From: a virus
Lineage: Duplodnaviria; Caudoviricetes
Length of the DNA stretch: 64,000 nt
Strand: one strand, 5' to 3'
Virus record (IMG/VR): IMGVR_UViG_3300050132_000146
Coordinates: 1,105-65,104 of that record
Shown: one piece after another, positions 18,754 through 28,323 of the stretch
How the letters are laid out: each line of letters opens with the position of its first letter
How positions within the stretch are numbered: position 1 is the stretch's first letter
The notes under the pieces: model-generated
What the model was told of the DNA's origin: nothing
The model's input: only the letters and a program-made list of their open reading frames with translations
Database searches by the model: none
Made by a program: the position numbers and the translations under genes

Positions 18754-20295
18754 ATGATCTACATCAACGACAAGAATGAGGTTCTCGAACGTCGAGAAAC
18801 CTCCATTGGTTCAGCCTTCGTTTCAACCAGGATTAAGGCAATCCCAATCGCACAACGAGCCTACATCAACTTCCAAAAAAAGATGCCGCTCGCAATGTGG
18901 CGTCAGATGATTGGATTCTTCCTGTGGTCTCAAAAGGAGCATAAGTCCGAGGCACAGGTCACTGGATTCATCCACCAAGATACTGGTGAGTGGTTCATGA
19001 TTCCTTTCCACCAGATCGGTATTGGAATGACAACCAAGGAGGTTGAGGGTGGTGACAATATTTCCCTATGGGAGCAAATCATACAAGCCGGATTCGGTCC
19101 AAACCCAATCTTCACCGGCCATCACCATTGTACTTCGTCTGCGTTCGCCTCTGGTACAGACACTACCGACGAGTACACGAACAAGCCCCAAGGAGTACAC
19201 ATCACAATCGGCAAGTTGGACTCAAACCCACTTGACCTACATTGCCGAGCAAAGCTGTCGTTCATGGGTCAGTTCAATCAGGAAACTGGAGAGGTAATCT
19301 CACCTGGAAGCTCAATCCTTCTACCATCTCACCCTCTTGAGTTCGTTGAAACCGGACTTCGTAATGAGGATGTTGGCGGAATGAATGACGTTCTCATCAA
19401 GCAGATCACTGAGTTCTTCCTGCTCAAGAAGGAGGAGTGGGAATTCCCAGAGGAGTGGAAGGCGCGAATGACAAAACAGTCTTACGCCACACACAGCACA
19501 GTCACATACACACCAGGGGGTCATCTATCCTGGAAGGACAGCAAGAAGCGCCCAAAGTCCCGGTGCCCGGCGAATACGAAGTATCCGCTGGTTCTGGTAA
19601 ACAGCGTGGTAAACATCTGCGCAAATCCGCTAAATACAACCGCATGGTTCGACGCGGTAAGAGAGGCGGTCACTAAGAAGGAGCCAGAGAAGCTCGAAAA
19701 CTTCTTCAATGAAATGTGTGATCGGTGCGGATATGCCAAACCAAATAAGGAATGGTGTTGGGCGTGGCTTGAAGCGTGGGAGATTGCTGACCTTCTCTTG
19801 AATTGCAAGAGTGGCACCGACTATGTATTTGACAACCTTCCTGGAGAGTACTACGATGCGCTTCTGGTTAGCGTTGTTGTGGCCATGTATGAGTCGGACA
19901 TCAATGCAGAAGCGTTCCGCGCATACTTCACCAACAACAAGGCTCTTGAGAATACCGGTAATGACCCAGCTTTCAAGGAGTGCGGAATCCACACGCTCAA
20001 TATCGGCAAGAAGCCAAATACTGGCATCTGGAATCTGTATCAGAAGATGTACGACAAGGCATCCAACGAGTTCATTGATCGTCACTCAACCGTGAACAAG
20101 GAGGCTCAGACAATCTTTGAGGCCAAGTTTAAGGAAATGGGAGTTCCAAAGGAAGAACTTGTGTTCGATGCCGGTGAAGACCCAGAGTCCGAATTCTACG
20201 GATACTCTGCCGAAGAGATCGCTCAAATGGAAGGGTATGGACTCACATTCCCTGATTACCAGGGAAGCAGCTCATACGCAGGAAGAATCCTCTAA
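18754..20295 (+). CDS. JAB/MPN metallo-isopeptidase (PRTRC protein A-like) with a long C-terminal region
   Basis: Glu in 'KSEAQV' and the HxH-x7-S-x2-D motif 'GHHHCTSSAFASGTD', followed by 'GVHITIGKL'. Confidence 0.85.
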   Translation: MIYINDKNEVLERRETSIGSAFVSTRIKAIPIAQRAYINFQKKMPLAMWRQMIGFFLWSQKEHKSEAQVTGFIHQDTGEWFMIPFHQIGIGMTTKEVEGGDNISLWEQIIQAGFGPNPIFTGHHHCTSSAFASGTDTTDEYTNKPQGVHITIGKLDSNPLDLHCRAKLSFMGQFNQETGEVISPGSSILLPSHPLEFVETGLRNEDVGGMNDVLIKQITEFFLLKKEEWEFPEEWKARMTKQSYATHSTVTYTPGGHLSWKDSKKRPKSRCPANTKYPLVLVNSVVNICANPLNTTAWFDAVREAVTKKEPEKLENFFNEMCDRCGYAKPNKEWCWAWLEAWEIADLLLNCKSGTDYVFDNLPGEYYDALLVSVVVAMYESDINAEAFRAYFTNNKALENTGNDPAFKECGIHTLNIGKKPNTGIWNLYQKMYDKASNEFIDRHSTVNKEAQTIFEAKFKEMGVPKEELVFDAGEDPESEFYGYSAEEIAQMEGYGLTFPDYQGSSSYAGRIL

Positions 20296-20299
20296 CAAT

Positions 20300-20464
20300 A
20301 TGGAAGAACTACGAATCGAACCAAAAGACAAAGATCCGCCATCTGTACTTGATGAAATCATGTCGAAGGCACAAGAGGTATCTATTCGAAAGATGCGAGA
20401 AGCCGCATCCGAGTACCTGGACTTAATACACAGGGCAGCCAAGAACCTCCTAAAGTCAGAATGA
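20300..20464 (+). CDS. Hypothetical protein
   Basis: Tightly packed ORF with ATGA coupling. Confidence 0.5.
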   Translation: MEELRIEPKDKDPPSVLDEIMSKAQEVSIRKMREAASEYLDLIHRAAKNLLKSE

Positions 20465-20847
20465 CCCGACTCCGATCCCACGAATATTTCATTACTGCGT
20501 GGGTCGAGATCATCAGTCTGTATCCAAAACGACCCATTTCAGAACTACTGGAGTGGACGGATAGAAGCATTCGGGCCTGGATGGGCTGCAAGGTTGCTGT
20601 CATAAAGGCTCGTGATGCCGACTCAAAGAAACTGTCGTCTCTATGCTCAAGGTTTGTATCGGTTCACAAGCGACAGCACAGGCTGTATAATGAACTGATG
20701 ATCCTTGAGTTTAGAGACGATCCAATGGGCTCGAAAGAGCGAAGGAAGACAACAAGAAGAATGAACACGCTGATCGACAAACACCACCCGATGATGCAGG
20801 AACTTGAGTGGCTTGGGTTGGAGGTTTTGGCGGTTACTGGTGGTTAA
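20461..20847 (+). CDS. Hypothetical protein
   Basis: Coupled 128-aa ORF. Confidence 0.6.
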   Translation: MTRLRSHEYFITAWVEIISLYPKRPISELLEWTDRSIRAWMGCKVAVIKARDADSKKLSSLCSRFVSVHKRQHRLYNELMILEFRDDPMGSKERRKTTRRMNTLIDKHHPMMQELEWLGLEVLAVTGG

Positions 20848-20848
20848 T

Positions 20849-21118
20849 ATGCAATACACCGTAAACATTGTTGCTGCCGCAATCAAATGCGAGGAACGAA
20901 TCTGGTCGCTTCCGGCACCAGCAAGACACGCTGACATCAGGGTGTGGATATTCAAGAGAAAGATGCCAGATGATAGTCTTGGAGAGTGTGGATTCCTTCT
21001 GAGTGACGGAACCTTCGCAAGAAGGTCCGTGGCACACTTCATCGCAACACAATCTGGACAAATCCTTCGAAAAGAAGACGAATCTGTATACGAACTCAAC
21101 ACAGAAATGCTATGGTAA
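20849..21118 (+). CDS. Conserved phage hypothetical protein
   Basis: The pattern 'IVAAAI...RH...GFLLSDGTF..R..A..IA..SGQI...L.TEMLW' is common in phages. Confidence 0.7.
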   Translation: MQYTVNIVAAAIKCEERIWSLPAPARHADIRVWIFKRKMPDDSLGECGFLLSDGTFARRSVAHFIATQSGQILRKEDESVYELNTEMLW

Positions 21119-21564
21119 CAAACGAAAAACAAGAAAGAATCCTCCGTGGTTTAATCCACCTAAGCATATTCGGATGCGCTCCACAAGATGAGATTGAAGA
21201 TCCGAAGCGCTACAAACTCGGCCTTGACTATGCCATTGATCGCATGATCAGTGTGGCTAAGATTTACGATCTTGGTGCACCGTTCATCCACAAGAAGCAC
21301 TGGACAGGAAACTCAGTCGCATACCTTATCGACTACTGGATTAAGTACCAACTATCACTACCTCAAGAGCATGAAATCACAACCATGTCCATTCTGCGGA
21401 AAAAAGCCAACGTGGCAACCAGGGGTAAAGACGGAAAGTTCGTGTCTAAAGCACGAGTGCCCGAATGGGGTGATGAGGGTTTACCTGTTTCGGAAGGTAC
21501 GGGAGAGGGCGGTGGAAGTGTGGAACCGGAGGGTTCTGGGGTTGAGCCTGAGATAGTATTTTAA
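21112..21564 (+). CDS. Hypothetical protein
   Basis: Overlapping start. Contains an 'RGKDGKFV' motif. Confidence 0.6.
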   Translation: MVTNEKQERILRGLIHLSIFGCAPQDEIEDPKRYKLGLDYAIDRMISVAKIYDLGAPFIHKKHWTGNSVAYLIDYWIKYQLSLPQEHEITTMSILRKKANVATRGKDGKFVSKARVPEWGDEGLPVSEGTGEGGGSVEPEGSGVEPEIVF

Positions 21565-21586
21565 CCAAAACAAAACAAAACACAAA

Positions 21587-21949
21587 ATGATAACACCGTT
21601 TCAAATCTACCTCTGGGGAATCTGCGATCAGGTTCAGTTTGGAGCTACCGCCATGGCCTTCATCTTTGGAGCTGCCTCTATTATTTCATCCGTTGTATGG
21701 TGCATCCTGTTTGAAGATAATGAGAAACAGGCCAGAAACTCTGCATCAAGAGTATTTATATTATCTGCTCCATTATTCGCGCTGATGATGGCTCTAATCA
21801 TGTTCCTTCCAACCTCAAAAACTATTGCGTGTATGTACGTAATACCAGCAGTAGCGAACTCAACACCGATTCAAAAGGACATTCCTGAGGTTTACAAGAT
21901 GGCTATTGATAAGTTCAAGAGCGAGTTGAAAACACCTTCTTCTAAGTAA
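21587..21949 (+). CDS. Conserved phage membrane protein
   Basis: Two hydrophobic helices, with 'ITPFQIYLWGICD' and 'FLPTSKTIACM'. Confidence 0.75.
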   Translation: MITPFQIYLWGICDQVQFGATAMAFIFGAASIISSVVWCILFEDNEKQARNSASRVFILSAPLFALMMALIMFLPTSKTIACMYVIPAVANSTPIQKDIPEVYKMAIDKFKSELKTPSSK

Positions 21950-21999
21950 CACTTTCCACGGCACTAACGTCGTGGTTTTCTGGGTAGGTATAAGGGATG

Positions 22000-22039
22000 C
22001 CCGCCAGTAGCTCGTGTGAGTTACTGGCGGGTTTTGTTT
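22000..22039 (+). terminator. Intrinsic terminator
   Basis: CCCGCCAGTAGCTC-GTGT-GAGTTACTGGCGGG followed by TTTTGTTT. Confidence 0.75.
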
Positions 22040-22127
22040 AGAGTTCTGGGTATCGTTAGATTCAGCAGATCCGCAAGCGCTTGTCTACGGGACTTGATGG
22101 GTAGCGGAACCCAGAACTCTACACAAC

Positions 22128-22346
22128 ATGAAACCACTCGACAAGAACGGAAGAGAGATTAAGGTTGGGGATTTGGTGAGGCTCACCACAACATTCAATG
22201 ATTATCTTCATCCAGAACGAAAGTTTGAGGTGTTTGATTCCGATCAGGGCCTAAATCTATCTGACGGGTTCTTCTACAAGCGCCTCGAAGACTTCCGTAA
22301 CGGACCAGACTGCGCATACCACTCCGTTGAAATCGTTTCACCTTAA
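22128..22346 (+). CDS. Small YopX/SH3-like protein
   Basis: 'LDKNGREIKVGDLV' motif. Confidence 0.65.
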   Translation: MKPLDKNGREIKVGDLVRLTTTFNDYLHPERKFEVFDSDQGLNLSDGFFYKRLEDFRNGPDCAYHSVEIVSP

Positions 22347-22359
22347 CCAACACACAACC

Positions 22360-22578
22360 ATGCTTACGAAAGAACAGTTACAGGAATGGGATGAACTTGA
22401 AAAAGAATACCTGGCTTGGCCTGGAAATACAGCGGGAAGAGAGGTTGCTGTTGAGGATATGAAAATACACCTATTCAAACACCGCCACTGCCTACGTAAA
22501 CACGTCGCCGCATCCATGGTAATGAGCGATGCGATCAGGAATGGTAGGGAGATGGCCGCGCAGACTTCTCATATTTAG
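22360..22578 (+). CDS. Hypothetical protein
   Basis: ATG after an AC-rich tract. Confidence 0.55.
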   Translation: MLTKEQLQEWDELEKEYLAWPGNTAGREVAVEDMKIHLFKHRHCLRKHVAASMVMSDAIRNGREMAAQTSHI

Positions 22579-22580
22579 CC

Positions 22581-22901
22581 ATGAAAAGACCGAAGATTAC
22601 GCCTGGACAGTGGAGTTACGGAGAAGAGGACGAAGAAGGACATTTCGTTATCGAGTCCATTCAACCAAATAAACACGACTGTTGTGTGTGTTATGGGGCT
22701 GGATGGTATGAAGAGGGTCGTAATGATGGACCGGCAAACGCCAAAGCCATCGCGGCACTTCCGTTGTTGTTGGATGCGTTGGAGAAGATCTGTAAAAACT
22801 TTGAGTCACTGTATTCAGGTGACAATAGAGAGCATCTTGAGTACCAAGGATCATACGTAGAAGCAAAGAAAGCCCTACTCGCAGCCGGATACACGGAATA
22901 A
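22581..22901 (+). CDS. Conserved phage protein (TPGxW...ANAxxIAAxPxLL family)
   Basis: 'ITPGQW' and 'ANAKAIAALPLLLDALE'. Confidence 0.75.
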   Translation: MKRPKITPGQWSYGEEDEEGHFVIESIQPNKHDCCVCYGAGWYEEGRNDGPANAKAIAALPLLLDALEKICKNFESLYSGDNREHLEYQGSYVEAKKALLAAGYTE

Positions 22902-22943
22902 TCTCCAACAGCATTGATAGCGTTGGTCGCACTACAACTACCC

Positions 22944-23576
22944 ATGAAGATTGAAGAAGTTAACATCAACTGCCTAGCTAAGTGCTGTGGTGTTTCTCCC
23001 GAATACAATCCTCGTGGATCTGGTTTCTTTTGCCCAACTTGCAAAAAGGAGAAGTTCGGATGGGGCGGAACCATTGAATGGCACGCTGGACTTTGGAACA
23101 CTTCGTTCCATAAGACTGTTGCTAGTGGTGGTCATGGTACGGATATTCCGTTCAGTATTGATTATCAAGATCCACCGGAACTTATTGAGGGCGGATGGAA
23201 GTATGCAAAGACTCACATGAGTTTTCATCTTCCGTGGCAAGAGGATAGGAAGGGAAATCACGACTTCGTTCTGTTTCGCTGTCTGGATAGGAACGACAAG
23301 TCACTGTTGGAGTCGGAGGATGGTTTCGAGTGCTGCATTGATGACTTCAGGTGCCTTAAGAGGCTGGAGTTAATGTCGCTAGACGGAAGGGTTTGTGATG
23401 TTGAATTCCCCAACGTTAAGGGAAGGAAGCCGTTTTACGCTTATCTGAGCCGATCCTGGTGTACGGATGGGACTTGGAATTACCTACTGAACTTGAATGT
23501 TCTGAATATAAAGTGGAGATATAAATTAGCCAATCAACTAGGCTCTATTGGTCTCCCGTTTCCTGACTTTAAATAG
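22944..23576 (+). CDS. Hypothetical protein with an N-terminal zinc-ribbon-like motif
   Basis: 'KCCGVSP...CPTC...WN'. Confidence 0.6.
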   Translation: MKIEEVNINCLAKCCGVSPEYNPRGSGFFCPTCKKEKFGWGGTIEWHAGLWNTSFHKTVASGGHGTDIPFSIDYQDPPELIEGGWKYAKTHMSFHLPWQEDRKGNHDFVLFRCLDRNDKSLLESEDGFECCIDDFRCLKRLELMSLDGRVCDVEFPNVKGRKPFYAYLSRSWCTDGTWNYLLNLNVLNIKWRYKLANQLGSIGLPFPDFK

Positions 23577-23673
23577 GCTCCTATCCGAGCGATGCGAAGG
23601 TGCAATGCCTTAGCCTAGTGTTAAATGACCCACCCAGTCCTTAACGGGGTTGGGTGGGTTTTACTTTAAATAT

Positions 23674-23946
23674 ATGAGCAGACCATCAATTCACACTGAT
23701 AAACTAAACGAACACTTAACCATTTCAGAGTGCCACCCTGACTCCGAGTGCCGAACCAATAATTGGTGGCTCTACGATGATAGGGCTGGCATGAATATTG
23801 GGATTCGTGAAAAGACACGCGACGAAGCATTCGTAGAAGCGATTGAGTATTGGGCAGAACGAGCGATAAAGTATGAGAAGCTCTATTTATCCATTCGGTC
23901 TAAGGTAGACTCATTCGTTGGTCAGTTCATAGAGCAGGATGATTAG
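23674..23946 (+). CDS. Hypothetical protein
   Basis: ORF between two terminator-like hairpins. Confidence 0.6.
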   Translation: MSRPSIHTDKLNEHLTISECHPDSECRTNNWWLYDDRAGMNIGIREKTRDEAFVEAIEYWAERAIKYEKLYLSIRSKVDSFVGQFIEQDD

Positions 23947-23962
23947 ATCTGGTATCGTCAAT

Positions 23963-23997
23963 AACCCGCACACCTTAACTGGTGTGCGGGTTTTTTT
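23963..23997 (+). terminator. Intrinsic terminator at the convergence with terL
   Basis: AACCCGCACACC-TTAACT-GGTGTGCGGG-T7. Confidence 0.8.
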
Positions 23998-24001
23998 GCG
24001 T

Positions 24002-25795
24002 TTAGGGGTTGGGCTTTTCGGGCTCGTAGATTAGTCCGCAGATTGCGGCTGCGCAGATATTCATCATCTCACATGACGCAAGGTGATCTTTTCCTTCACG
24101 CTTACAGAACCATTCAATCTGAACCACGCCATCCTTACCCATGTATTCACGCTGCTCATAAGCCGTGGATTGTAGGGCGTATTCTGGATGTGCGTCTTTA
24201 TGAAACTGGAAATCACCAAGTTCTCCGTGCTGCATCATGGTTAATCGCTCAAGGCACGATGGCTTTGAGTAAAACCAAAGCGTCAGTGGCTTCACCCGGC
24301 CCGCTAAAGCAGTACCAATTGCAGGGTCAGCAAGAGTTGAGGTGAAGATAGCTTTACGTCCATCCTTTTGGAAGTGCTGCTTGTCTTCACCCTTGAACGC
24401 CTTGTACTGATACCCAGAGTCCACGACCATACGATAGATTTCCGTTGCCCAGTGGCCAGAGTCGATGGCAATGTTTCCTGGCTCTACGCCCCAATTTCTA
24501 GCAATTTGTTCCCACTCTTCCTTTGACCATACGCGTCCACAATCAAGAAGACGTGACTGAGCCCCGGTTCCCCAGGCTCTAATAACATACCAGAAGTGTC
24601 GTCCGCCTTTACCCTGAACGTCAATCGTCATGATTCGACGCTTTTCTTCAGGCCACGGTTCTTTTGGGTCGTAATCCCGCTGACGCTTGTAGATGAATTT
24701 TTCATCCTTGGCGTACAAAATACGCGAATGGTATGGCTGGCCACATGTTTCTGTAATCCAAGATTTCAATGGCTCTGGGTCTCCCCATTGCATGGCCTGT
24801 AGTGCCTTAATACGCTCGATTACCTGCGTCTTCCACTCTGCCCAATATGGAAGTAGCGCATTCCATGTATAGCTCCTTGTATCGCTTGGGGCATTTGGGT
24901 TGGTAACGACCCATCTTCCTGAGTTGCCGAGCTGCTTCCTTTGCCTTATATTATCCGTAATGATGCCATCACAAGCACAGCACTCCCACCTGATCGTTTT
25001 GGTCAGTTTATCAAAGTCGATGCTTCCGTCCGTAGATTTTGTGCTTTCGTCCTCCGTCCAGGTCAATCCGCCTTTAATGTCATCGTCCTTCCATCCGAGT
25101 GGTTGCTCCTTGCCGCAGTGAGGGCAGGAGATGTGATAGACTTGGGCGTTGCCGTCCAGGAAAGATCGGTGAAGGGCATCCATTTCTCCAGCCGGGGTAG
25201 AGATGATGATCTCTTTAAAGTTGTGGGAGAAGGAGCGTGTACGCTTACGAACCATCTCCAGAGCGCCCGGAGGGTACGAGCGAGCTTCGTCTAGGAAGAG
25301 GTAGCGGAAGGGTGTGGACTGGAGAGCGGCTTTGTTTTCCGCAGATGCAATGATAAGAGGAGCGCCAGGAAAGTAGATTTCAAGTGTTTTGTTTCGTGAT
25401 CGGGTTTTGGGCATCTTTGCTGCGACCGGGGCGCAGGCTTCGAAGATGGGGAGGATTCGGGATTTGGCGATCTTTTGGGCTTCGGTTTCGTTCTTCGTTA
25501 ACCACAAAATCGGCCCTGGGTCCTCGCTAATCGTGTAGGCGAGCAGGCACAGGAAGGTGAGAGTCTTGGCTGACTGGGCTGAGCACATGCAGGAGATTCG
25601 TCGAACTGAGTCGTCCGCGAAGTCTTCCATAATTGGGCGCAGCCACTGGCAATCAGCGGAACTCCAACGAGCCCCCGCCGCATTCATCTTGTCGATTACA
25701 TTTCGCTCAGACCACTGCCACGGATTGCACTCTTGAGAAGGTCGGACTGCTGTGCATAAAGTCGCGACCATGTTTGGTCCCGCCGTCGTCCCCAC
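24002..25795 (-). CDS. terL: Terminase large subunit, lambda gpA family
   Basis: Walker A-like 'SAQSAKT', Walker B 'YLFLDE', 'ISTP', 'CPHCG', and nuclease motifs 'TIDVQ' and 'IDSG'. The true start may be ATG 25771. Confidence 0.92.
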   Translation of the reverse strand: MGTTAGPNMVATLCTAVRPSQECNPWQWSERNVIDKMNAAGARWSSADCQWLRPIMEDFADDSVRRISCMCSAQSAKTLTFLCLLAYTISEDPGPILWLTKNETEAQKIAKSRILPIFEACAPVAAKMPKTRSRNKTLEIYFPGAPLIIASAENKAALQSTPFRYLFLDEARSYPPGALEMVRKRTRSFSHNFKEIIISTPAGEMDALHRSFLDGNAQVYHISCPHCGKEQPLGWKDDDIKGGLTWTEDESTKSTDGSIDFDKLTKTIRWECCACDGIITDNIRQRKQLGNSGRWVVTNPNAPSDTRSYTWNALLPYWAEWKTQVIERIKALQAMQWGDPEPLKSWITETCGQPYHSRILYAKDEKFIYKRQRDYDPKEPWPEEKRRIMTIDVQGKGGRHFWYVIRAWGTGAQSRLLDCGRVWSKEEWEQIARNWGVEPGNIAIDSGHWATEIYRMVVDSGYQYKAFKGEDKQHFQKDGRKAIFTSTLADPAIGTALAGRVKPLTLWFYSKPSCLERLTMMQHGELGDFQFHKDAHPEYALQSTAYEQREYMGKDGVVQIEWFCKREGKDHLASCEMMNICAAAICGLIYEPEKPNP

Positions 25796-26292
25796 TCGCC
25801 AAGGGATAGCTCTTGGAGGATTCTGCGAGCGGATTCACCCAGGCGCTTAGTGAGTTCTGGGGTATCTAGGCCGGAAAGGTTCTGGGCGAGTTCATGCTTT
25901 TCTCGCTTGAGGGCTTCAGCGAATCCGTGCGCCATGTCTGAATAGACCCGTACCACTTCATCCCAAGCTACGTATTGACCCTCAGCAACATCGTTGTCGA
26001 ACTTCTTTTGGCGACGGGTTTCCTCAAGAATCGCCATCTGAACCGCGTGTTTAGCGGTGGTTGAGCCAGATACTTTTGCGCTAGAAGCCTTGCCATAACG
26101 CTCCATCCATGCCTTCCAGGCATTAATAGCGTAACGCTTATCCGTCCGTGGGGTAGGGGATTGTTCCTCTTTTACCCAAAGTCCTATACACTGGACGGAT
26201 ACACCAAGTTCACGCGCCAGTACAGCTTGATTCTTTGCCAGGGGTCCGTCCGATGAATCCTGGATTTCCGGGGAGAATTTGTGTTTTGCCAT
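25696..26292 (-). CDS. terS: Terminase small subunit (gpNu1-like)
   Basis: N-terminal HTH 'QAVLARELGVSVQCIGLW' and a coiled coil 'KFDNDVAEGQYV'. Lies upstream of terL. Confidence 0.8.
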   Translation of the reverse strand: MAKHKFSPEIQDSSDGPLAKNQAVLARELGVSVQCIGLWVKEEQSPTPRTDKRYAINAWKAWMERYGKASSAKVSGSTTAKHAVQMAILEETRRQKKFDNDVAEGQYVAWDEVVRVYSDMAHGFAEALKREKHELAQNLSGLDTPELTKRLGESARRILQELSLGEWGRRRDQTWSRLYAQQSDLLKSAIRGSGLSEM

Positions 26293-26515
26293 GGTTTTCT
26301 TTGGAAGAGAGTCAACCGTGATAACAAATAGTCATTATAGTGGCTATAGTTGGTATCGGTATTCCCCCAGAATGGTTATTTTTTACAAATCGAAATAGAC
26401 CGGACTGGGCTTCGCCTTTCGGCAAATCCCAAGTCAAGTAGATTCCTTTGCTTTTATGGTGGTGGACAAACATTTCTATTGACAACATGATTATAGTGTG
26501 CGAGTGGTGTGCTGT

Positions 26516-27325
26516 ATGAATAACGAAACAACAGAATGGAAACCCGTACCTGGGTTTGAATCATATTCAGTATCGAATACTGGATTCATTAAGAGCCACA
26601 AGTATGGCAGAGAGTATCAGTTAAGCTCTAAGCCAAATCACATGGGCTACATCATGTGTAGTATGCACCATGATGGAAGGGCTTGCGCAACAGCCATTCA
26701 TCGCTTGATTGGCAAGCTGTTCCTTGCGCCACCAGAAGACCCAAACTGCATCTTCCTGAACCATAAAGACGGCAATAAAACAAACAACCATGTTGATAAC
26801 CTTGAGTGGTGTACTCAACAGCGTAATGTTCAGCACAGCATTAAGGTGCTCAAGAAGTTTGGATCAGGACCACGCAAGGGCGTTGGTGTAACACAGGAAA
26901 CAAAAGATGAGGCCCTTGCCTTGTACGAGGCTGGCGAGGGTGCTGGTGCCATCGGTAAGAAGCTAGGAATCAGTAAGGACTATGTGCTAGATCTTGTTGG
27001 CCGAGTAACCCTTCACTCCATGCTCACAACGCAGAACAGAAGCACAAATGTCTACCATAAGTTCACCCTTCAAAACGTTCTAGACGCCTTTGATTTGGCT
27101 GAAAAGGGTGAAACCCGTATTGCTATATCACGCCATATTGGATGCACTGTCATAGCCCTAAATATGCTGGATCTACCAATCCTACCTCCTGTATTCCACC
27201 TGTCCCCGCCGAAGCCAAAAGGAAAGCCAAAGAACAAGTATCAAAAGCCTCGCATTTATTCATCTGTAGATGAAATCATTCCCTTGACACCACCATCAAC
27301 CCGCACTATAAACCCAGCCACATGA
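26516..27325 (+). CDS. NUMOD4/HNH homing endonuclease
   Basis: 'WKPVPGFESYSVSNTG', 'IHRLIG', 'NHKDGNKTNNHVDNLEWCT', then HTH-like tails. Confidence 0.9.
   Translation: MNNETTEWKPVPGFESYSVSNTGFIKSHKYGREYQLSSKPNHMGYIMCSMHHDGRACATAIHRLIGKLFLAPPEDPNCIFLNHKDGNKTNNHVDNLEWCTQQRNVQHSIKVLKKFGSGPRKGVGVTQETKDEALALYEAGEGAGAIGKKLGISKDYVLDLVGRVTLHSMLTTQNRSTNVYHKFTLQNVLDAFDLAEKGETRIAISRHIGCTVIALNMLDLPILPPVFHLSPPKPKGKPKNKYQKPRIYSSVDEIIPLTPPSTRTINPAT
27284..27312 (+). promoter_or_regulatory. sigma70-like promoter, nearly leaderless
   Basis: TTGACA-17 nt-TATAAA, 9 nt before ATG 27322. Confidence 0.6.
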
Positions 27326-27537
27326 ACCCACCACCTCACATCCTCCTTCAGTGCTACATCAACCTCCGCGAAGCAGCACGCATGATCAATGATCACTTCG
27401 ATGACCTCGAACAAGATGAGCTTGCCTACATCCAGCTACTCTACCAAATCGCAGAGAGGCTCAAGCCATACCTTGGCTACACCGAAGTAGCAAAAGGTGA
27501 AATAGCCCTTTACTCCCCACCCAAACCAATCCATTAA
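27322..27537 (+). CDS. Hypothetical protein
   Basis: ORF downstream of the promoter. Confidence 0.55.
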   Translation: MNPPPHILLQCYINLREAARMINDHFDDLEQDELAYIQLLYQIAERLKPYLGYTEVAKGEIALYSPPKPIH

Positions 27538-27543
27538 CACACC

Positions 27544-27750
27544 ATGCAAGCCTCAGGATGCTTCGAACCACCCGGCACCAACATCTACGACCTACGCACC
27601 GAAACAGCCCGCCAACGCCACCACATCACACTCTACCGCGAAGGCTTAAGTCGCATCGCTCACCCGTGCATGTACGACCCAACAACCGAATCACCACAAG
27701 AGATCGCTGCGCGCTTCCTTCAGGTGATCTTCATGAAAGAACCGAAATGA
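27544..27750 (+). CDS. Hypothetical protein
   Basis: Tightly packed ORF. Confidence 0.5.
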   Translation: MQASGCFEPPGTNIYDLRTETARQRHHITLYREGLSRIAHPCMYDPTTESPQEIAARFLQVIFMKEPK

Positions 27751-27932
27751 ACCCACAAGACACCATCACCATCAAGAAGTCCACGTACAACGAACTAATC
27801 CGTGATCAACGCATCCTCAGCTCTCTGTACCAGAGCGGAGTAGACAACTGGGAATACTACGATGAGGCAATGAAGTGCGCTGACATTCCTGTTGAACACG
27901 AAGAAACCGAGGAGGAAATCTACGGATCATGA
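27747..27932 (+). CDS. Conserved small phage protein
   Basis: 'L.SL...GVDNWEYYDEAM' motif. Confidence 0.7.
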   Translation: MNPQDTITIKKSTYNELIRDQRILSSLYQSGVDNWEYYDEAMKCADIPVEHEETEEEIYGS

Positions 27933-28138
27933 AGCTACTTGAAAACTTGAGCTATTCGGCCACCCAAGCCGACTCCTGGGGCCGAGACTACGCACGAGTG
28001 AGTCTTGATGAGATTGAGCAGGTGTGCTACGCCTTAAAAACGGCATCAAACATTATCCAGGTCTGTTCACGGGACTATTCAGAGGATGATGAACTTATGT
28101 CAGAACTCATGAGTAATTGGAGGGAGGCCACTGAATGA
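27929..28138 (+). CDS. Hypothetical protein
   Basis: ATGA-coupled. Confidence 0.55.
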   Translation: MKLLENLSYSATQADSWGRDYARVSLDEIEQVCYALKTASNIIQVCSRDYSEDDELMSELMSNWREATE

Positions 28139-28323
28139 GAACCGGTATTCTAGAAGAGGTTGAAAACCGGATCTTCAACAACATCTACATCCCACCAGAC
28201 AGAACCTTCTTGATCGAGATATTCGCAGCACTGAAGGCCGGTCAAGCCATGCACGACAGCTTAATCTCCCACGGGGACTACTGTTCATATGGGGTAGAAG
28301 ACTGGGAAAACGCCATTGCGTAA
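28135..28323 (+). CDS. Hypothetical protein
   Basis: ATGA-coupled. Confidence 0.55.
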   Translation: MRTGILEEVENRIFNNIYIPPDRTFLIEIFAALKAGQAMHDSLISHGDYCSYGVEDWENAIA

